Part shown: one piece after another, positions 19,966-28,136 of the stretch | How the letters are laid out: each line of letters starts with the position of its first letter | Position numbering within the stretch: position 1 is the stretch's first letter | Assembly: GCA_963664325.2 (NCBI GenBank) | Contig: CAXXDQ010000007.1 | Location: forward strand, 64,001 to 128,000 | Source: Desulfomonilia bacterium | GTDB taxonomy: Bacteria; Desulfobacterota; Desulfomonilia; UBA1062 | DNA length: 64,000 bases | Reading direction: 5' to 3' | The notes under the pieces: model-generated | What the model was told of the DNA's origin: nothing | The model's input: only the letters and a program-made list of their open reading frames with translations | Database searches by the model: none | Program-made: the position numbers and the translations under genes

Positions 19966-20913
19966 TCAGGGAAACATCCGGGCCGCATTTCCTTTCTCGA
20001 CAGCAAGAAGCTCTTCGCCGCTGAAACCTTCAAATGACTGAAGGCCGGAAACTGTGAGCCCTGTTATGATTTCAGGTGCAAACGGGTAATCACTGCCGAA
20101 GAGGATATGTGTTGCGTCCACAAGCTCTTTGATGGAGCGCATGGCAAAGGGCGAGGCGGCAAGGGCGGTGTCGTAATTCAGGCATTTCAAGTATGATATG
20201 GCATCCTTCGGGGCCTTTTCCAAAGCATTCGGGATGACAAAGGACCCGAGCGCTATGCGCCAGGCCAGGTACGGGGCGGCGCCCCCTGCGTGCGCGAAAA
20301 TGAAAGGGATGTCCGGATACCTTTGAAGGGTGCCGCTGAATATCAGGTTGACAATGGCACGGGTCGTATCGAAAGCCACTTCAAAAAGGAAATTGGGGAT
20401 ATGCATTCCAAGCGGATTGCTGCCCGGCGGGTCGGTTGGATGAACAAATACGGGCGTTTTGCGCCGGTTGAGTTCACAGAATACATCTTCAAACGCCGGG
20501 TCGCCGAGATAGGTGCCCGAATAGTTTGTCAGGAGCACCACCCCGTCGAGCTTTAATGCTTCAAGGCTGTATTCAAATTCCTTCAGCGCAGCACCCGCAT
20601 CCGGAAGGGGAAGCGTGGCGAAGGCGCCGAAACGCCCGGGATAATCGGTAATAAGCCGGGCCGATGCCTCATTGCACTGCCGTGCGAGCCGGGCGGCAAA
20701 AGCAGTATCGCCGAAGAAAACGCCTGGGCATGAGATTGATGTTATTGCAGTCTCAATGCCGTTGCGGTCCATAACGCCAAGCGCCGTTTCCGCGTCCCAT
20801 CGGGGAAATGACGCCCCGATGGAATTCGTGATGCCGATGCCGGCCAGGGCGCGCACATATTCCGGCGGCACGATATGGTGATGTACATCGATACGGTGCG
20901 GGGCCTTGATCAT
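19966..20913 (-). CDS. Amidohydrolase-2 family metal-dependent decarboxylase/hydrolase (ACMSD/LigW/6-methylsalicylate decarboxylase-like)
   Basis: IDVHHH, VFVHP, DTTRA, AHAGG and LFGSDYPF motifs. Confidence 0.9.
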   Translation of the reverse strand: MIKAPHRIDVHHHIVPPEYVRALAGIGITNSIGASFPRWDAETALGVMDRNGIETAITSISCPGVFFGDTAFAARLARQCNEASARLITDYPGRFGAFATLPLPDAGAALKEFEYSLEALKLDGVVLLTNYSGTYLGDPAFEDVFCELNRRKTPVFVHPTDPPGSNPLGMHIPNFLFEVAFDTTRAIVNLIFSGTLQRYPDIPFIFAHAGGAAPYLAWRIALGSFVIPNALEKAPKDAISYLKCLNYDTALAASPFAMRSIKELVDATHILFGSDYPFAPEIITGLTVSGLQSFEGFSGEELLAVEKGNAARMFP

Positions 20914-21057
20914 AAAAATCCTCTTTTTTTTGTTTCAAGACATATTATCAAAGTTGCTTGATATATTCCAGAGATACCGCATACAGTTTCATCCTGGGTA
21001 TTTCTATGACTGTTCTGTCAATGGTATCTTCCGCCGGGTCTTTAAAGGTTTCCTGAT

Positions 21058-21759
21058 TCAATATCTGGATGCCCTTTTCGCAATGGCATCAAGCAGTCCG
21101 GGCAGTGCGATTCTGTTTGCAATGTTGACGGCGCCTGCCGGGAGGCTGCCCCCCGGGTTTGTCCAGACATAATACGTAATTCTCGTTTTGCCCGGGACAC
21201 CGGCCGGTTCTATCTGGAAGTACCCCTGGTTGAAGGTGGTCTCCACGGCATTCTCAGGGCTGGTGAGAAAACTCCTGATGTCCGGGTCCGTAGGCAACCT
21301 CCTGTATGCGCCTTTTTCAAGAACCCAGTCTGACCTGAACATTTCAGGATTGCCGGTGTAGTTGTAAACATCGGTGTATCTGAGGTTGTAGAACCTCGAA
21401 GATATGGCGGGAATGGGTACGTCAAGGAAGGTGAAGACATAGTTTAAAAATACATCCTTTGATTTCTGTTCGGTATGGACCAGTTTAGTGTATTTCACAT
21501 AAGGCATGAATTCGCTGAAATGAACATAGTCCGTTATCGCGGCAATCACCTGGCCTGGATTCCTTTCGACCACACCGATAAGCAGGACCTCCTGCGTGTC
21601 CGAATCCTGCTTGTTCCTGCTGTAAGTCCTGTAATATTTGCCGCTTGATTTTAATGTCCAGTCCGTGTCGTCTTTTTGAGGGGAGAGATTTAATGCAGAG
21701 AGCGCGGAGAATTGAAATAATGCAAAGATGAATACCAGGAGGAACAGGGCCCTTTTCAT
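21058..21759 (-). CDS. Secreted START/SRPBCC-fold lipid-binding protein
   Basis: Sec signal (MKRALFLLVF...ALSA). D...F.EFMP, ISSR.Y, N.G.FQIEP and T.ITY....NPGGSLP..AVN motifs. Confidence 0.8.
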   Translation of the reverse strand: MKRALFLLVFIFALFQFSALSALNLSPQKDDTDWTLKSSGKYYRTYSRNKQDSDTQEVLLIGVVERNPGQVIAAITDYVHFSEFMPYVKYTKLVHTEQKSKDVFLNYVFTFLDVPIPAISSRFYNLRYTDVYNYTGNPEMFRSDWVLEKGAYRRLPTDPDIRSFLTSPENAVETTFNQGYFQIEPAGVPGKTRITYYVWTNPGGSLPAGAVNIANRIALPGLLDAIAKRASRY

Positions 21760-21760
21760 T

Positions 21761-24343
21761 CTAGCCTGTTCCGCCGAATTCGGTGCGGCTTATGATCTCA
21801 TCCTGAAGGGGCCTGCCAAGGTCTGTAAAGAAGGCCGAATACCCTGACACCCTGACAACAAGGTCACGGTGCATCTCGGGGTGGAGCTGGGCCTCTTTGA
21901 GGGTCTTGTTTGAAATAAAGTTGGGCGAGAGTTCCATGCCTCCGAGCCTGAAATATCCCCTGAACAGAGAGATGATCTTTTCCTGCTGTTCCTGGCTCTT
22001 CAACACTGACGGCAGAAACTTTATATTCAGGGCATTCCCGTTTGAAACAAGGAGGTGGTTGATTTTCGAAGCCGATTTAAGCACGGCGGTCGGCCCCTTG
22101 ATTTCAGAGCCGTTAGACGGCGAAAAGCTGTTGCTGACAGGCTCTCCTGAAAGCCTTCCGTCCGGAGTGGCCCCGAGGAAAAGTCCTTCCATCACATGCA
22201 TTCCGTATGAAAAGAAGCCGGGCCTGAACATTGCGCCGAATATATTTTTTTGCCTGCTCACCTCGGTGCAGAAGTATTCAACGATGCCGGAAGCTATCGC
22301 ATCGGCCATGTCGATATCGGCCCCGTATCTGTGGCCTTTATTTTTCAGCATCGAGCGTTCTTTCTCAAACCCCTTGAAATTTACGTCAAGCATTGAGATG
22401 AGCCTTTCCATGGACAGGGCCTTTTCATCAAAGACAAAGTGCTTGATTGCGGCAATGGAGTCTGCGGCGGTCCCGAGTCCCCGTGCGCTCATTGATGAAA
22501 ATGTATACCTGGCGCCGCCCGAGGTCATGTCGCGGGCGTTCTTGATGCAGCCGCTTAACGTGGATGAAATGAAAGGGGAGGGGAAGGCCTCGCGGTAAGA
22601 GATGTCCTTGATGTTCACGGCCCTGGCTATGACTGAAATCATGAAAGACACCTGTCTTTTGTAGGCATTCATGAATTCGCCGAATGTCCTGAAAGAGACG
22701 GGATCGCCGGTAGCAGGGCCTATCCTCTTGCCCATGATCCTGAGCCGGCCGTCCAGGAGCGCCATTTCAAGGGCTGCGACAAGCGATATATCGTTACCGG
22801 AGGTGCACCCGAACGTGTCCCCGTCACCGGTGGGTTCGACGCAGCCGACTATCCCGTAATTTCTTGCATCTTCAATGTCCATCCCGGTTTTTGTGAGCGC
22901 CTCGATTATGGCTTCGTCGTTGAACAGTGCGGGCCCGGAGGTGTTACGGTACATGCCGATGATCCTTTCCCAGTATTCATGGGGGGATTTTTCGCTGACC
23001 CTGACGGAAAAACTGTTCCCCATGGATTTGACATTGGCGACGGCATCGAGGATGACATATGTAAACGCGGTCACTGCGTCGGTTCCGTCCGGATTGAGGC
23101 CTCCGATTGTAGGTGTGCAGTTGTCCGAGCCGAGTTCGTTTGCAGTGCTTTTTCCTCCATACGGGAGAAGTATCACATTGCAGGCCAGCTTTATAAGAAG
23201 CTCTTCCATCAAAGCGGTTGCGAGCTCTTTTGTGAGGATTCCCAGCCTGACGTCGTTTTCATAAAAGTCCGAGAAACGGGAATCCAGGCGGCCTGTTGAA
23301 AGGATGGATGGCATTCCGTAGCTTATGATCGCCGCAGCCTGGGTCAGCCAGAAGGCCTGCACCGCCTCGCGAAAATCGCGGGGAGGGTGATACGGGACAT
23401 GGCGGCACCTTCCTGCGATTGCCAGGAGTTCTTTTTTCCTGGCCTCATCGACGGTTTCTTCCGCAAGCCTTTCAGCCTCGAGCGCATACCGCAGCGCAAA
23501 GTCCCTTACGGCATCACAGCATATGATTACGGCCTCAAGAAAGGCGGTCCCTTCTTTATCTCCCTTCGATTCAACTTCAGCGAGAACCTCTACGGCCTGT
23601 TTGCGCAGTCCGGAAAAGCCTTCTCTGAGCACATTCTTATGCCCGAGGATCAGATGCCCCTGGACATCGAAAGAATTCATTACATAGGCCGGGTTGTTGA
23701 ACAAGACCTCCCTGATGCCTTTGAGGGCGTACGCCGGGCTTGCCATCGGTATCCTGATATCCGCAATCCGGCCCGGCAGGAACTTCCCGAGAGGCCTTGA
23801 AATGTCGGACAGCCTCATTCCCGGGAGCCCGATAGTTTTTCTCAATTTCTTGATATCAAGGCTCCGGGACAGCCCGGCCAGTGCCGAAGGCTTCAGGGAC
23901 GGCCGGAAAATAAGGCCTGCAGCCCGCATTTTCCGCTTCCTTTCATCCCTGAGGGTCTTTCCTTTCCAGTACGGCAGGATTGTTTTCTTCAGTTCCCTGA
24001 CTTCCTCATCTGAAATGACATAGGGCTGGTCCTTTCTCTTTCTGAGGAGGTCGAGGTCGAGGTCCAGGATCGTATTGATGTCGCCCCGCTCGACAGGTAT
24101 TGCCGCCGCCACAAGCTTTCCCGTGCGGTTGCCTGCGATCTGTTCTTCGTTTAGGATATAGATGGTCATATTTTTGAGCGTGTGCTCAAAGGCCCTAGCG
24201 GCCCTGACTGCAGGGTGAAGTCCTTCGGTCATTTTGAAGGATTGCGTGTAATACCGGGCCCTCTCGATGCAGATTTCGTAGGGGGCGGAAAGGATCATTT
24301 CCTTGTACCGCCGGTTGCGGGGATTTATTGCCGGAGGCTCCAT
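21761..24343 (-). CDS. Glycyl radical enzyme 2 (PFL-like superfamily, substrate unknown) with N-terminal insertion
   Basis: VRVSGYS glycyl loop and IVGCVEP Cys loop. 860 aa. GGGAG upstream. Confidence 0.93.
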   Translation of the reverse strand: MEPPAINPRNRRYKEMILSAPYEICIERARYYTQSFKMTEGLHPAVRAARAFEHTLKNMTIYILNEEQIAGNRTGKLVAAAIPVERGDINTILDLDLDLLRKRKDQPYVISDEEVRELKKTILPYWKGKTLRDERKRKMRAAGLIFRPSLKPSALAGLSRSLDIKKLRKTIGLPGMRLSDISRPLGKFLPGRIADIRIPMASPAYALKGIREVLFNNPAYVMNSFDVQGHLILGHKNVLREGFSGLRKQAVEVLAEVESKGDKEGTAFLEAVIICCDAVRDFALRYALEAERLAEETVDEARKKELLAIAGRCRHVPYHPPRDFREAVQAFWLTQAAAIISYGMPSILSTGRLDSRFSDFYENDVRLGILTKELATALMEELLIKLACNVILLPYGGKSTANELGSDNCTPTIGGLNPDGTDAVTAFTYVILDAVANVKSMGNSFSVRVSEKSPHEYWERIIGMYRNTSGPALFNDEAIIEALTKTGMDIEDARNYGIVGCVEPTGDGDTFGCTSGNDISLVAALEMALLDGRLRIMGKRIGPATGDPVSFRTFGEFMNAYKRQVSFMISVIARAVNIKDISYREAFPSPFISSTLSGCIKNARDMTSGGARYTFSSMSARGLGTAADSIAAIKHFVFDEKALSMERLISMLDVNFKGFEKERSMLKNKGHRYGADIDMADAIASGIVEYFCTEVSRQKNIFGAMFRPGFFSYGMHVMEGLFLGATPDGRLSGEPVSNSFSPSNGSEIKGPTAVLKSASKINHLLVSNGNALNIKFLPSVLKSQEQQEKIISLFRGYFRLGGMELSPNFISNKTLKEAQLHPEMHRDLVVRVSGYSAFFTDLGRPLQDEIISRTEFGGTG

Positions 24344-24679
24344 TCAATCTTCTCCCTGTTGATCACATTACATGCAAATAAAATATACTCCTGAACAGGT
24401 CCCGGGTAAATGTCAAATGCCTTTGAAATTACCGGTGGTTGTTGTGCAATTTAAATCATGCCGACTGTCCGGCTTTGCGGGGTTCAAAATGAATCGCCGA
24501 AGTCAACGGAAGCGCAAGTTGAAAGTTCTGCCGAACCAGCCGGGCCCGGCAAAACCCACCGGCGCCATATAGGCTCCGTCCCCTGGGATGTCCATGACCA
24601 CGATTCGGCCGTTTCAGGGGATCGCCGGTTACCAGATGCGCTATGTTGTTCATAGTGAGAGAACTTATATGCCCCGGAT

Positions 24680-25462
24680 TTATTTCCCTGGCGCGAAACT
24701 CACGAGCATATCAGTCTGGGTATCACCGCCGGAGATCGGCATTATAAGCTTGACCATGTAATGGGGTGGTTCGACTGTAAGATATAGATATATCCCGGGC
24801 ACAATCTTTTGAAGCAGCTCAGTGAGAAGCCCCTTGCCTTCTATTATTATTTTCCCCCTGATTGAATAGCATTCGAAGGTCCCGGCGGGAACAGTGATTT
24901 TTTCTTTTCCCTTGACTGTCCATGAGACCCTGGAGAAAGCCTTGGGTCCCCACCAGATGCGGGATTCATGAACCACGCCCGTGGTTTTTAAATCGGCGCC
25001 TCTTTGGAGGAATGTGATAACAGGAGCAGGGTTCATATCCGCCGGAAATTTAAGTGACGGATCGGTAAAATCAACCTCCAGTCTGCTTTCCTGCCTGCCT
25101 GCAGGGGAAATCAAGGTGTCGGTCCAGGATACCACTCTAAACTGAGGATCTTCCCTTATGACGGCCGTCATTTCCTCTTTGCCGCCGCCAGTATGCTGTT
25201 CGGACCTTCGCCAGATGATTCCATCTCCAGTGATCTCAATTTTCTGGGTCCATTGCTGGGGATTATACCTTGCCCTGGTTTCTTCCGCCCATCCGCTGAG
25301 TTTCCCTTTCCTCTCGATTTTTGTTTTGTAAACCGCGGTTTCGCCGTCAGCAAATAGCCGCCCCGCAAATCCTTGCATGGGTATCGACAGGACACATGAC
25401 AGAATGAAGCAGAACATAAATAATGGTCTTGCATGGTATGGCATGGGGCCGGGCTGCTTCAC
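24680..25462 (-). CDS. Exported beta-rich protein, DUF3108-like
   Basis: Signal-like N-terminus and V.GKEKITVPAGTFECY motif. Confidence 0.6.
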   Translation of the reverse strand: MKQPGPMPYHARPLFMFCFILSCVLSIPMQGFAGRLFADGETAVYKTKIERKGKLSGWAEETRARYNPQQWTQKIEITGDGIIWRRSEQHTGGGKEEMTAVIREDPQFRVVSWTDTLISPAGRQESRLEVDFTDPSLKFPADMNPAPVITFLQRGADLKTTGVVHESRIWWGPKAFSRVSWTVKGKEKITVPAGTFECYSIRGKIIIEGKGLLTELLQKIVPGIYLYLTVEPPHYMVKLIMPISGGDTQTDMLVSFAPGK

Positions 25463-26205
25463 TCAGGTTTCAGCACACCGGAGCCGCCGGTCTTTATTTC
25501 GAACATGCCTGGAAGGATTGTCCCGGGCTTCACAAGGTCAGCACTCGGCTCGGATGCGCCTATGGTCACAGTGACAAAACCATAGGTTGTCTTTATCTGC
25601 GGCTTACCTAGTTCGGTTGATTTGACCACCTCCACTTTTGGGCCTTTGGCAGGTGGGACAAGCTGAAACACCGGCCCGCCCAGCTCCCATTTCTCCTTGA
25701 TATAGACCGGCTCATCTTTCACCTCGCCCGGTTTGAATGTCAGCAAGAGCCGCGAAGTCCCTTCATTAATGACTTCGCCGCGCCAGCCGTCGCCGTCAGG
25801 TTCGAGGGTTATCCTGTCCGGAATATTCTTGGGAAACCCCATCTTGCGGCCGCCCCACATGGCCACCCTTTTGGTAACAGGCATGAAGATGCAGTGCCAG
25901 CCTTCCTGGCCCTTGTATGAGGCGCGCAGCACGATATACCCTTCCTGGTATCGGGTAAAAGGCCATGGCCTGACTTCAGTATAATCCACCACTGCGAGGC
26001 CGACCAGGGGGTGCGACGGCATTTCGAACTGCTGCGGAAGAAGCCTGCGGTAAAGCCCGAGGTTGTCGGGTTGAGCAATTGCCATTATCTTCTTATCCGA
26101 TATGAAGTTTCCCTTCTCATTGCATCCGCAAAATAAAAGAATAATTCCGATTACAATAATGATCCCTGCAATTTTCAATGCTTTCGTAAAGAGCCTCCTT
26201 TTCAT
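25459..26205 (-). CDS. Acetoacetate decarboxylase-like (ADC fold) lipoprotein, paralog 1
   Basis: Lipobox-like LFCG|C. LLP..FE, YQEG and MPVT...A..GGR.MGFPK (Schiff-base Lys position). Confidence 0.78.
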   Translation of the reverse strand: MKRRLFTKALKIAGIIIVIGIILLFCGCNEKGNFISDKKIMAIAQPDNLGLYRRLLPQQFEMPSHPLVGLAVVDYTEVRPWPFTRYQEGYIVLRASYKGQEGWHCIFMPVTKRVAMWGGRKMGFPKNIPDRITLEPDGDGWRGEVINEGTSRLLLTFKPGEVKDEPVYIKEKWELGGPVFQLVPPAKGPKVEVVKSTELGKPQIKTTYGFVTVTIGASEPSADLVKPGTILPGMFEIKTGGSGVLKPE

Positions 26206-27299
26206 ATCCAGTTCGCCTTAATCGAACTGAGTTCCGGGACTTTTATGTCTTCAATCGTTATCATGCGCGGATCTGCCTGGCCTATGCCGAGTTCGGCCGA
26301 GCGGTATATCTGCACCTGATCCCATACGCTCTTTTCGACATAGGGCAGACTCACCTTCTTTTCTGTACCGAAAAACTTAAGCACTGCAAGGGCCAGCGAG
26401 TCGCACGCAACCCTGTCCCTGCCCGCAAGTATGAGTCCAGCCTGGACATATACCGGTTTGGCAAGCATGCCGTCAGGGCCTCCATGTACCATTATCCTTG
26501 TGGCATCCACAATATTCAAAGAAGGCTTCGAGCAGAGGTTCAGCTCAGCTATCTTCTCCCCGATATTGTGCTGATGCAGGGCATTCGAGCCTGACTGGAA
26601 GCGGTCCGACGGGTGGCAGACCCCGACGAACGACTTGAGACAGCAGGTGAACTCTGCGTCTGTCACCTGGTGGTTCTTCAGCACCGGCACATTTATCCAG
26701 TGGTCGGCCTCGGAAAGTATCTTCGGCATCCGGAATCCCTTGGTCCAGTAGCGCTGATTAGGCATGAAACGCACATATTCATCGTTGACCCACGGATAGA
26801 GCTCGGCGCCCTCCTCCTGGCATACACGCTCGAAGCCGCACACCTTCATGGTCCTCATGTCAAGCAGGGCCGGCCTGTCGCCGACCATGGCGTGGCATCC
26901 GCGCTCCTTGACAAGCCTTATCACCGCACGTATCACTTCGGGGTTCGTGGTGATATCCTTGTCCGGTCCTGTGGCATTTGGCTTGATCATGACCCTCTGG
27001 CCTTTTTCGAAATCAGGCAGCCCGCCTGCTGCCTCAACCGCCTCGCGGACAGCCTGTTCGATCGAACTGCCGACGCCAGAGATCGCAACAGTGGTTTTAG
27101 GCATGTCCGGGTAGATACGTGTAGGCGCAACAGCCTGAGGACCCGGGTTCGGAAGGGTCGAGATGGCATTGGCAGTGTACCTGAAGAAGCTGCAGGATGA
27201 GGCAAGAACCCCGGCGCCAAGCGCAGTGCTGACAAGAAAACGGCGACGTGTTATGCAATGATCGGATTTCATCCAGAAACCCACTTCCTGAACTTTCAT
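26202..27299 (-). CDS. DUF362 domain protein with Tat lipoprotein signal
   Basis: TRRRFL twin-arginine plus LASS|C lipobox. VMIKPN, TTNPEV, INVPVLKNH, LKSFVG and DRVACD motifs. Confidence 0.85.
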   Translation of the reverse strand: MKVQEVGFWMKSDHCITRRRFLVSTALGAGVLASSCSFFRYTANAISTLPNPGPQAVAPTRIYPDMPKTTVAISGVGSSIEQAVREAVEAAGGLPDFEKGQRVMIKPNATGPDKDITTNPEVIRAVIRLVKERGCHAMVGDRPALLDMRTMKVCGFERVCQEEGAELYPWVNDEYVRFMPNQRYWTKGFRMPKILSEADHWINVPVLKNHQVTDAEFTCCLKSFVGVCHPSDRFQSGSNALHQHNIGEKIAELNLCSKPSLNIVDATRIMVHGGPDGMLAKPVYVQAGLILAGRDRVACDSLALAVLKFFGTEKKVSLPYVEKSVWDQVQIYRSAELGIGQADPRMITIEDIKVPELSSIKANWI

Positions 27300-28084
27300 T
27301 GCTTAGGTTTTTTGATGTCTTCCAGTTTCGTCGGCATCAGGTTCGCGGCGCCCTTGAACTCAGCAAAGAATCCAGGAGATAAGGTGCCTGGCTTGATCAG
27401 TCCGGCCCAGGGTTCGTCAGAGCCGATTGCTATGCTTACCATACCCTGCTTAGCTGTCCAGGCCGGCTGCACCACGTTCACCATTGCCACCTTCTGGAAG
27501 ACTGAGCCCTTGTCCGGCGGCACGAAGAGAAAGACAGGGTCAGCAAGCGCTTTTCCGGGCCCGGCCTCCAATATGGAAGCTTCTGTGGATGTGAGATCCC
27601 GAGTGAGCCCTGGTATGAACTCCAATGAGAGCTTGAGCCGGTCTTTGTCTTTTACCTCACCCTTCCATGTGCTGCCGTCCGCCTCGAGCGATATTTCCTT
27701 GGTCACGTACTTAGGGAAGCCAAGGGCCCGGCCTCCCTGATTGGGCACCCATTTGGTCACCGGCATGGTCTTGCAGTGCCAGCCTTCCTGGCCCTTGTAT
27801 TTGGCCCGCAGGAAAACGGCGCCTTCCTGATAGCGGGTCATGGGCCAGGGATGGACCTCGGTGTAATCGACTACGAACAGCGATACCGCAGGCATCTCCG
27901 GCATTTCAAGGGGAGCTGGGAGAAGTTTTCGGTAGAGTTCGAGGTCGGCCGGCTCCACCATCGTGAAAATTCCATGAAACCCGTGAAAGACCCCATTGGC
28001 TTCTATGTTCTTCTGCTGCCATGCGCAGCCTGAGACCATAAAGATCAGTATGCCTAATACTGTCTGCCATTTCCTGCTTTCCAT
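27296..28084 (-). CDS. Acetoacetate decarboxylase-like (ADC fold) lipoprotein, paralog 2
   Basis: Lipobox VSG|C and GGRALGFPK. Clearly paralogous to 25459..26205 (VDYTEV.PWP.TRYQEG, YKGQEGWHC). GGAGG RBS before ATG 28084. Confidence 0.78.
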   Translation of the reverse strand: MESRKWQTVLGILIFMVSGCAWQQKNIEANGVFHGFHGIFTMVEPADLELYRKLLPAPLEMPEMPAVSLFVVDYTEVHPWPMTRYQEGAVFLRAKYKGQEGWHCKTMPVTKWVPNQGGRALGFPKYVTKEISLEADGSTWKGEVKDKDRLKLSLEFIPGLTRDLTSTEASILEAGPGKALADPVFLFVPPDKGSVFQKVAMVNVVQPAWTAKQGMVSIAIGSDEPWAGLIKPGTLSPGFFAEFKGAANLMPTKLEDIKKPKQ

Positions 28085-28136
28085 CGTTACCTCCACTGTA
28101 TTCTGATTTCAGGGTTCAGTGCTTCAAAAAACATGT

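Noticed and set aside
12123-24343. Calling either GRE pflB, cutC, hypD, hpdB or bssA/assA
   Set aside because: No Cys-Cys pair (PFL). Cys-x-Glu is present and small subunits are absent (not Bss/Ass; no HpdC). The recalled CutC and HypD signature segments are absent.
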